DNA of 64,000 nt from Camelus dromedarius (Eukaryota), in contig NC_087437.1 of NCBI RefSeq assembly GCF_036321535.1, positions 38,566,001 to 38,630,000 on the forward strand, in the 5' to 3' direction. How positions within the stretch are numbered: the stretch's first letter is position 1; every line of letters begins with the position of its first letter. The translations under genes were made by a program, and so were the position numbers. The notes beneath the pieces are model-generated. The model made no database searches, was not told the DNA's origin, and saw nothing but the letters and a program-made list of their open reading frames with translations. This document shows positions 53,841 through 64,000 of this stretch, in pieces.

Positions 53841-54121
53841 TTTTTGAGTTATAGTCAGTTTACAATGTTGTGTCAGTTTCTAGTGTACAGCACAATTCTT
53901 CAGTCATACATAAATATACATATATTCATTTTCATGTTCTTTTTCACCATGAGCTACTACAATATATTTTCCTGTGCTATACAATATAAACTTGTTTATC
54001 TATTCTATATATACTTAACAGTATCTAAAAAATCTCGAACTCCCAGTTTATCCCTTCTCACCCACCTCCCTGCTGACAGTCACAAGTTTATATTCTATGT
54101 CTGTGAGTTTGTTTCTGGTTT
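53841..54121 (-). mobile_element. Short lineage L1 3'UTR insertion with perfect 14-bp TSD
   Basis: ttgagttatagtcagtttacaatgttgtgtc. TSD agtctatttctttt at 53827-53840 and 54122-54135. Confidence 0.95.
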
Positions 54122-55091
54122 AGTCTATTTCTTTTGTTGATGCCTCATGTATTACCAAGATGCTTTATTGTGATTTATTTTTCTTTACACAGATACAAAA
54201 TATTTTGCAATTGATAAGTTTTATGGAATTTAATTCAATATTTTAATTTTTCACAAAGGAAAATTAATGTTTACATATAGAATAAGCAATTTACCCATAA
54301 TCAAATTGCCAGTTACTGATATGCATATATTTTAATCAAGTTCACATGCCTGGTCCTGGTAAAATACTTCTATTTTCTTTCTTTCTTTATTTTTTTCCTA
54401 TAGTGTGGCTGGGTATATATTCTTGCTAAAATAAAAATAGCCAAATTAAATAAGAATTACCATATAACCTACATAAATCAATCATGATCAAGGAATCACA
54501 CTTGAAGTTCATCTTGAGATTCTATGCATTGAAAAGATTCATTTATGAATCAATTAAATTTATCTGAAAAAATGAATCTTCCCAAAATAGCAGTACAGCA
54601 AAACACTGGTAAGTTTACAGGCCAGTTCCACAAAGTTTGTCACTTGTCTAATTCTGACTTTTAAAGACTGAATTTAAAAATACAATCCAGTGAAATCTGT
54701 TAGTGATTTAGAGCAATAATTAAACTCATGGTCTTGGGAAATATTATTTACCAAGACTCCAGGGAGACCACACTCCTTCGAGTAAGTGACTGAATATTGT
54801 TCTCATGACTCATGGGAAAGAGTTTAAAAGCTTATCTAATGCTACCTGTTACTTACCCTTCAGATCATCTGAATTTATAAATGAGCAAATCCACATCACT
54901 AACAAACCCTGAGAAACCCAAAGGATTACATAGATTAAACAGTAGTATTTTTGGCATAGACTCTAGTCTTAGTTTTCTGTAACAGATCATAAGTACCTGT
55001 TGCCTTTCAATGTGATAGTATTTTCTATTGATACATTAGTAGATATAATTTATTTTTCAGTGTTACAGCAAACTAGCACACACAAATTTAC

Positions 55092-55094
<3 letters not shown>

Positions 55095-55124
<30 letters not shown>
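55095..55124. repeat. (TA)15 microsatellite
   Basis: Direct count. Confidence 0.95.
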
Positions 55125-55128
<4 letters not shown>

Positions 55129-55899
55129 CATTCACATTTATAAATAAAACAATATGACGCTTAAAGCCTACAATCTTCTATGTATTTTTTCTTCCCTCAA
55201 GTACCACAAAGGTCATAAGGAGTCATTTTTCCAGTGCACCTGTCTTGTATTTGAGTCCCTGACTTTCATTAATGCTTCTCCTAGGCTTCCCAATGACTGT
55301 ATATATTTTGATGGTTCATAACATGAAATGAGTTCAAAACTAGTGACTATATTCTTGGACTATAACTGCATGTATATCAACTTGTGGTTTCATGTAAGTG
55401 TTGATTAATGTTTTCACTAGTCGCTATTAAGTTCCTTTGGGGTTCTAGGTTGTTGAAATTATTGTTTAACTGTAGCATGAACTAGTGTAACTCAGGGATT
55501 TTGCAATGTGGATTTCTTCTCCTCCCTCTACTACTGGGTTAGGGGCATGGCCTGTAATGACTATTAGACAAAATTGAATGGCAAGTTGCTTCCTACATTC
55601 TCACTCTAAATCTCTGAAGTTAAATTATGGTCTAAGTAAATATACCAGTCTGAATATTCAGACCACATAATTGTGACAAAATTTTAATTAAGTCTCATTT
55701 TTATAAATCAGGCATTGTACATGAAGGTAGATAATTTATGTTTGAAGTTAATATTTTCATATACTTCCCTGGTTTACAGCAGAAATATAGTAAGAATGCA
55801 TCAAACTGGAAATACATCACACTACCCTTCAACTGTGACGAAAAATGACAAAATTAAACTACCAGATCACCAGAAAGAATAGGGAGCTGAAATTTAAAT

Positions 55900-57170
55900 T
55901 TTGTAACCTCTGATCTTTAAAACTCACTAAGGTTGGACAGATGTCTTGTGTGAAAATAAGCAATGAAAAGCAACCAACTAGGGGCCAATGGAAACAATAT
56001 ACTGGAGAACATTGATTCACTGAGCAGATTCAGAGAGAGAGAGAGAACATCTGAAAAGAAGCTGTTGCAAGACTCAGAAGAAAAGTTCAGAATGCTGATA
56101 TGCTGATATTCTCAGTAGGGTTCATGATTTCAATCTTTATGAAGCAGGAGCCAACACAAGTAAAGAATGGAGTGGGATGAAACAGGACATGGTGCAGTAA
56201 GGAAGTACTGACTGGTAACTAAATAGGTAACACCAGGAATGATAAAGACACATAATTTAAAAAATCAAAATTCACACCATAGCATATGGAATCATCATTG
56301 TGGATGACGTACATCTGAAGAATTTGATTTTCCAAATCCAAAGCAAAAGGATAAAAATTAAAAAATCATAGAACAAATATAAAATAAACTTAATTAGTCA
56401 TGATCAAAGGCTTTGTACTAGATTTTTATTGCTGCCATAAGAAATTATGAGAAACTTCATGGCTTAAAACAACACAAATTTATTATCCTGCTGTCTGGAT
56501 GTCAGAAATCCAGACTGGGGTTTTATGTGACTAGCATCAAGGTGTTTGAGGGTCCGCATTCCTTCTGAAGGCTCTAGGGTAGAAGTCATCCTTTGCCTAT
56601 TCCAGCTTCTGCAGGCCACCTACATACATCTGTTGGCTCATGGGCCCTTCTTACATCCTAAAGCCAACAGTGTAACTTCTTCAAATCTCTCTCCTCTCTG
56701 AGCTCTGCTTCAGTCATCACATCTTCTCTAATTCTTACCCTTCTGCCTTCCTCTTATAGAGATTATTCTGATTATGTTGGGTCAGCCTGGATAATTAAGG
56801 GTACTCTTTCCATTTTAAGACCCTTGACTCAATCACTCAATAATCTTCAAAGTCCATTTTGCCATGTAAGGTGACATATTTACAGATTTGGGGGATTAGG
56901 ATATCTTTGGGAAGTAACTTTTCTACCTTCCAAGGGAAAGGAAAGAGAATTACCAGTTTTAATTAAAATAGCTTCCATGCAGATTACAATAGCTCACATT
57001 ATTCCAGGCAACATAATTGAAAAGATATCCACAAATAGGTATATATTGGTGAAATGTTTGAGCTATAAGAATAATGTTAAAAAGTTTTAAAGCATTTTAA
57101 ATTTGAAGGAAGAAAAAATAATGCGCATTAACTAAAAACATACAGCAATCAAGCTGGCCTCTTAATTTTG
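55900..57170 (+). mobile_element. HAL1/old L1 ORF1-like remnant interrupted by an MLT1 LTR
   Basis: aggtatatattggtgaaatg...caatcaagctggcctc resembles ORF1 C-terminal text. Confidence 0.45.
56415..56932 (-). mobile_element. MaLR LTR (MLT1C/D-like), near complete
   Basis: tgtactag...attgctgccataag...ggcttaaaacaacacaaatttattatc...tttgccatgtaaggtgacatatt. Confidence 0.9.
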
Positions 57171-59199
57171 TGTTATAAGAAAAAACAGGACAGTACAACT
57201 TTATTAAGCTGTCTATATTATTCTATTAGCAAAAGCAATGATTAATAAGTGCAATAGCTTAGATTACTATAATTATCATTGTTAAGAACCAATATCCCTA
57301 TAATGTACCACTCAGAACATTTATTAATTTAGTGTCTTTTTTGATTTACTAGAAACCTATGATTATGATTGTCTTTTTCTCCATACCTTTTCATCCCCAG
57401 CTAGGGCATATTGCTGAGAATTGTATACCTAGAATTAGATTCTGAGCTGATAAAAATATATATAAAAAGTTATCTGAAATATGATTGGTAGGACTGCCTG
57501 TGAACTAACTTTCACATTTATTTTGGTATTTTATTTCTGTGTGCTTGTATCTTCAATCAATTGTAAAAGAATACTTTTTAGATAATACTTAAAGCAGAAG
57601 GAGGGAAGGCAAAGACAAAATTCAAATGCTGTTTTCTTTTTCACATTATTCCTTAGTTCCAAAGAATTATAGAAACACAGTGTCTTCACACCTAATTAGT
57701 TTCTAAGAGAGACAAAGCCAGCACATGTTGAATATTCTTTTTGACTAAATTCAGAATGGAGTAGTGTCCAAAGCCCCTTCTGTTCCTTTATTTCCATTGT
57801 GACTTGTCATGTTCTATAATAAACTTTCTGCTGGTTGATGTACTTTAATCAACTTATAGTCTTTTTTCCACATTAACTAATTAATTCTACTATCCATTTT
57901 CAAAAACATACATAATCCAAATCCACTACTTACTTACAGAAAAGTAGATTATATAAAAATATTAATAGGTTTTAACACCTGTAAGGTTTTAAAAGTAACT
58001 GTGAGCAATCATTCAAATTTGAAGATACATTTAGGATACTTGAGTTTCAATTAGATATAATTATAGCAAAATTGTGAATATCAACTTCACTGAGAAAAAA
58101 ATTACTTTCTCTCCTCAAGATTATAGTCTTAGAACTATGTAATAGGAAGCTTTACAAAGGAGTACTGAAGATCTAGCAACACATTTTGTGGTGGTTGTCA
58201 ATAAGCAATAAGTTTACAATATTATTCTATTGCCTTTTAGGTATTGTGTGACTTGTGTGACCATGTGATTTATTGTTTCTGCCAGATACTTCTTAAGAAC
58301 AAAAGTAATGTTAACTGGGCAGGGTGTTGGGACAATGAAAATAAGCCCAAGAAAACTAACAGTTATGATTTTGTAATTTTAACCCACCTATTATTTAACC
58401 CTACCTAATATATATGTATAATGTTTATATATATAATCTCCTCAATCTTTTTTAATCATTCTAATTCAAAATGTATCTTTTTATGAATGATCCTTCCCTT
58501 CTCTTTCCTTCCCCCTTTCCTTCTTCCCCTCTTTCTTTTTTCTTCTTTTTTAAAAATTTATTAAGAAAAAATCTATTCCTAAAATATTGACAGTGTCCAA
58601 TTCTTATTCCTTTATATTTCCTATTTAATCTTGATCAACATTTAGCAGTATCAAAGTTTGTATAGTGTATTGAGTAATTATTTTAAATTCTTTGGAAATA
58701 CAGATAATGCTTTAAATTGCCTTATTTTTACATATTTATTAAATCTATTAATATATAATATTTGCACCTTGAAAAATTAAGCATAGTTTAGATTAACAAA
58801 TTGTATCACTAAGTTCTTAAGTTTACCCAATAAATAAGTCCTGAATAAAGATAGAATAATGGAAATGTTAACAGATTTCATTTAATGCACAGTAAAAGGG
58901 AAAAGTACTGAAGTGTTTTGCCTTCTCCACTAATCCATGTTAGTAATTTTCTGTATGTTAGCTATATATCTGATAAATTTGTTCTTATGCAGAAGTAAAA
59001 CATATTAGTAAACAAAATCAGCCACAAGAAGCCAATGCCAGTTTGATGAAATTAGTCACAGAGAATATTTTCATCTCTTAATCACATTTTATTTTCCACA
59101 CACCTCAGCTCTACCACACACAAATTTATGGTCTATTTTCAAGGATTACAAACAAGATACTTACAAAGTAACACATCTACAAAAAGAAGAAGTTACGGC

Positions 59200-59520
59200 T
59201 TTTAGCCTAAGAGCATGGAGAAACCTGTGAATCCTTGGAGCAAGTGAATGGCATGTGCATTCATATTTTTCAAAGTCCGGCCTGTCATTTGAACACTGAT
59301 GGATATGGAATCAGATGGAGCCAACTATCCCAGATAGCTGACAAAATTGTAGTTATCCAGGAAAATTCAGGAGATCTTTAGTGGGGTGAGGATGCTGGAA
59401 ATGCAGAGGAGTATCTAGTATTGAAAGTGGTAATATTGATAGCATTTGCTGAATTTTTCATTCCCTAATGAGCAAACTGGTTCCTAGATTTCTGGCTTGG
59501 GAGACTGAGTAAAATCTAGC
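59200..59520 (-). mobile_element. L2 fragment
   Basis: cctagatttctggcttgggagactgagt. Confidence 0.55.
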
Positions 59521-60289
59521 ATCTAGATACAATTTCTAAATAAATAGTTTGAGAAGCAAATCTATTTCTGGAATATTTGCACTATTTCCCTCCCTTATTA
59601 TCATTAATTCACAATCAATTCTTTGATTTTCTCAGAAAAAATTTTTAAAAAATTAAAATGAAGATTAAAACATATACAAAGAACCATAACCACCTAAATT
59701 AAAAATAAGCAGCAACAGAAATAAATGAATTAACTTTAAAGTTGGTAACATAACCACTTAGTGGAGGATACTTTAATATTTTAAGATACAGTTTACTGTA
59801 TTTCCCAAAAGGGATAAATCCTAAGAAATAAAAAACAAAACAAACAAACAAAAAACCTACAAAGGAATCTTAAGCTAAATTTATCAATCTTATTAAAAGT
59901 AATCATGTGAATTGTCAAATAAAGAAAATCAATAATAAATTAGTAATGTTTTTAGAAACCAATATTTTAAAAAATGATTCAAGTATAAAAATCAAATTAG
60001 TTAAGCATACCATGTATTGTAACCTTTGGATTGGAAATACAGTATAAGCTCATAATTTATCTTTCATTTCTAAAAAACAAATAGCATGGATTTGGTCTCT
60101 GTTTACTGAGATGGCCTTGAGGCAATAACAAGCCGCTCCTGAATCCCATGGTCTCTAGAAACCCTCCCAAAACAAGAGACTTTCAGGGGCACAGACAATT
60201 CAATGTCCGGGGCATAAAATGCACCAGACAATCCTCAGTTAATCTGCAGTGTCAGAAAGTAATAATGCTACCATGGAATAAAGGAGTCT

Positions 60290-60760
60290 TGACAAAAAAG
60301 ACAAAGGGTCCATCTTGAAGGGGTTTCCACTGGCCACACATGAGGCTATTTAAGCACAATGAAGAAACCAATGTCAACGTACTTGAAACACACAAATATA
60401 TAACCATCCTTGAGTTTATATGATACAGAAAACCTACTTGGTTGCTTTAGATAGTAGCAGAATCAATATCTCAGTATTCCAAAAATAAATAAAGGAGGAA
60501 AATCAGGCATTTAGTCTGCTTTTCATGTACAACATTGATTTCAGGGTAACTAAATTATTGATAAATAAAAGTTCTTCTCTAGGGAAGGATTCCAGCTAAT
60601 AAATGCAGAAGAAATGATCGATTTAGAAAGATCACCATTTTGTAAACCCTAATGACAACAACAGATGTGAGCAACAACCATCAATGTCTTCTAAAACCTG
60701 GAAGTGAGAGATTGATGGGGAACTTTTATCACAGATGGGTCAGGCTAACAATACCTTTAT
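60290..60760 (+). mobile_element. L1MC4-like 3'UTR
   Basis: catcttgaaggggtttccactggcca...attccagctaataaatgcagaagaaatgat...tcaccattttg. Confidence 0.8.
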
Positions 60761-60765
60761 ACGTT

Positions 60766-61296
60766 TGTATTAGTTTTTTATTTATACCATAAAAAATACC
60801 ATAAATTTAGCAACTTAACACAGACTTAACATCTCACAGTTCTATTGGTGAAAAGGCTAGGTTAGCTTGACAGGTTTCTCTGCTCCAGATTTCAGAAGGT
60901 CAAAGTAGAGGTCAGCCAGCCTAGGCTCTTACAGAGAGGCTCTGGGAAGACTTTGCTCCCATACTCACTCAGGTTTTGACAGGAAGGTCCTTGTAGCTGT
61001 AGGATTGAGGTCCTTTTCCCTTCCTGGCTGTCAGCTGAATACTGCCCTTGGCACTAAAAGGCCTCAGTTCACAATTACTAAGCACCTGCTGCAAATAGCT
61101 TTAGGCCTATAGTGGGAGAAGCTGTTTTCTGTTTAGTGAGAGGGTAAAATGAATATCAAAATAGCAAAGAATAGAACATCAATTGTAGTAAATGTCATTT
61201 AAAAGGGACAATAACCTTTTTAAAGGCCCAGTTTCCAACCACATTGGGAGTTAGGACTTCAACATATAAATTTGGAGGAAAGCAATTCAGTACATA
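60766..61296 (-). mobile_element. MaLR LTR pieces (60766-61063 MLT1D/E-like; 61215-61296 MLT1/MST-like end)
   Basis: tgtattagttt...atctcacagttct...tgtaggattgaggtcc; cacattgggagttaggacttcaacatataaattt. Confidence 0.75.
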
Positions 61297-61551
61297 ATAA
61301 TAACAACAATAATAATAATTGAGTAAAATTTTGTAATACAGATCTACTAATGAGAAGAATGGGAGTGTTTGGGGGTGGTTCAAGGTTAGTGCTTCCTACA
61401 TCAAAACCTGTTGCAAATATTCATCTGTTAGTTCTCATCTGTAATGAGATTTCATGTTTTTCATCTTTAAAAATATTTTTTCAAACGGGAAAGTGATACA
61501 TGTGACACTTGAAATGTTACATTATTAATGTATCAGCGAGATTTGTAATGA

Positions 61552-61647
61552 TGGAAGGAAGGAGGGAAGAACAAAAGAAGGGAGGAAAGAAGGAAGGAAG
61601 GAATGAAGACAGAATGGAGAAGGAAGGGAGGGAAGGAGAAAGGGAGG
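61552..61647. repeat. Degenerate (GGAA)n purine-rich tract
   Basis: Direct reading. Confidence 0.85.
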
Positions 61648-64000
61648 TAGCAGACACAGAATCAGAACAGAAGAACATGGTGTTTTTATCAAGCAATTAT
61701 CCTCCTGTCTCCTTTGCAAGCATCATCGAGTCCGCATTGTTACAGAACCACTAGCAGAATAATGAAAAGTGAATATATTATCTAATATAATTAAATTCCT
61801 ACACGTTAAATAGATGCTCTGACTCCAAATGTATCATAAGTATAAATTAAGGCAGGTAATAGGCAATAAAATTGATTAGAGTAAGAATCTGAATTAATAA
61901 AAAGGTATATTTCTAGTCAGGTCCCAAATGTATCTTTATGCATTGTTTCCACCAAGTGATCATCCCAATGAATACACCTGGTTAAATGAATGTTTAAATG
62001 TTCTACTCTTTTCATCCCATTCCCTTTTACTTCTATGCTTTAAACACTCTAACTTGTTTTTTATTCTTATTTCAGTTTTATTTTTTTTATCCACATTGGG
62101 TAAAGGTTTTTATTCAGCAATTTTTTGAGTCTAACTCTACTTTTTAACCTCCACAGAAATTCATAAACTACAATGTTTATCAGAAGCAATTTGAAGTTTA
62201 GGTGATGACGAAATTTAGGAAATAAAGTGACTAAATAGTCCATCAACTGATCATTTAGCTTTGAGTTTTATAGAAAGAAAATCCATGAGGAAAGGAAAGC
62301 ACAGAAAATGTGCTGCTTAGGACCCGTACCCATCATAGTCAATTTATACTTTTTGTCAGACATGTATTATACTATAAATGTTTTAATGACTAATGATTCA
62401 AAAATTGTCTGAATAAAAGTGAAAAACAAAATGAATGCGATTACAGATTTTTCAAGTACACTGTTTTGTTTTCAAAACTGTTTCTTAAAAACCAAATGCA
62501 TTGTATGGAAATTTGTGATTGTCCATAAGCATAATCAATACAATTGTTGTTAGTTTATTTTATTATACCAATAAAAAGTTGAATTTATTTAATAAATATT
62601 TTAATGTTTGGGCTTTTTTGATGCTCGTTTGAAAGAAATTATACTTTAGATTTTGGAGAGTATTTTAAAAAATATTCTCACCAATTGAAATACATAATAA
62701 CATTTAAAACATGAAGTATAAAAGAAATGATTTCTTAATAAAGCAAATCTACTGAAGTTAAGTGATAATGCATTTTACAATTCAGTACAACACATAGATT
62801 TCCCTGCAGGTTTATTTTATGAATTGTAAAAAAATTGTGAAACTATTCGGAGACAGATTTGGAAGAAACAACTACATGTCATACTTTTTCATTTCAATAA
62901 GGGGAATATAAAACCTTCCCACCATTGTCAACATTTATCTTTTCATGATATTTCATGGAGTAACTCTTATCATCAGAGATAAAAATAAACTATCATTGAG
63001 AATTATATTGTTGAACTTTTTAAATGTAGACATTAGTTGCTTTATCAAAATGTGATGCAAGATGTTGTATAAGAGCATAATCCTTTGAAAGATGAAACAT
63101 AGCAATTTCCATTTCCATAGAAGAAAAAGCATTACAATAGGAAAACAGGAAACAGTTTGCAAAATTTTAGACTTCTTAAATATAAAACATATCTTAATTC
63201 ACATTTTTAAATTACTTTTTAATGTATCTATGTTATGAGCCACATTTAAAGCCACAGTCTAGATGTGACATTATGATTATATCTTCCATCCATTGTTTTG
63301 GCCAAGTAATCATCCTAATTAAATATATTGAGTGATAAAAACTCAACAACTCTTAAGACATTGCATTCTATCTTTTAAAAATATATTTTTATAAAGTTAC
63401 TTTCATTGGAAAAAAATAAAGAAAATATTATTTGGAAAATCTGGAAAAGAATACATGTTTTCTATCTGTATCAACTATAACAATTTGAAATCATAAATGT
63501 ATGTTTTTTTCTCCTGTTCAATCTTCCTTAAGAGTAAAGGAAGCATATAAAAATGGAAATAATACTCTATATTACAGTATTTTAGCATACTTATTCATTG
63601 ACTAATAATCTTATTCCTCTAATGGCTGATTTGATTGCCAATTTAAAGCTTAAAGGACTGGGATTTCCATGAGAATTGCTGATATTCACATCTACATATT
63701 CAAGGGGAACCAAATAAGATGAATTATTATTAAATGAAAGGAGAAGATACTAAGTTAGACGTTTCTAACAACCTTGAGATTGAAAGTAATAAATAGTGAA
63801 AGGTAAATGACACTAGTGTCTTGTCTATTTATGAAAAAATGTCAAGAAAAAAGGTCAAAAAATACTTGTGGTAGGCAGATTCATGAGACTTGCATCCTAA
63901 TCGTCAGAACAATGTAAACAGGTTACATTGAAAAAGAAGTTAAGGTTACAGATGGAATTAAGAAGTTACAAATCAGCTTACTTTAGATAGATAAGTAATG

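Noticed and set aside
2786..54121. Minus-strand bias of young L1s as evidence for a plus-strand host gene
   Set aside because: Only five copies, and older L1s lie on both strands
47775..54815. AP-1 (TGACTCA) motifs at ~47780 and ~54806
   Set aside because: Several such 7-mers are expected by chance in 64 kb; no supporting context
61509..61754. Charged low-complexity ORF
   Set aside because: Translation of the GGAA-rich tract
1..64000. CRISPR array, rRNA, CpG-island promoter or novel multi-gene system
   Set aside because: None seen; the window is CpG-poor and mostly explained by mammalian interspersed repeats

Overview
Mammalian, AT-rich, transposon-dense sequence with no recognisable intact protein-coding gene. 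A tRNA-derived SINE of the Vic-1 type (40273-40426) and artiodactyl-type L1 3' ends point to a camelid genome (inference from recalled consensus sequences, no search run). Nearly all entries in the ORF track are chance ORFs or L1 ORF1/ORF2 remnants. The main non-repeat feature is absent from the ORF track: a decayed processed pseudogene of dysbindin-1 (DTNBP1) at ~45871-46346 (+). Its homology ends at what appears to be a parental exon boundary and continues into sequence resembling read-through intron with poly(A) signals. Other points: an L1 with a 27-bp inverted piece and no TSD, an ultra-short L1 insertion with a 16-bp TSD, a solo LTR with a 6-bp TSD, a young ~100-bp tandem duplication with a templated junction and internal palindrome, and weak candidate exons in the first 12 kb. 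I see no evidence for a new multi-gene system. Old repeat subfamily names and boundaries are approximate.
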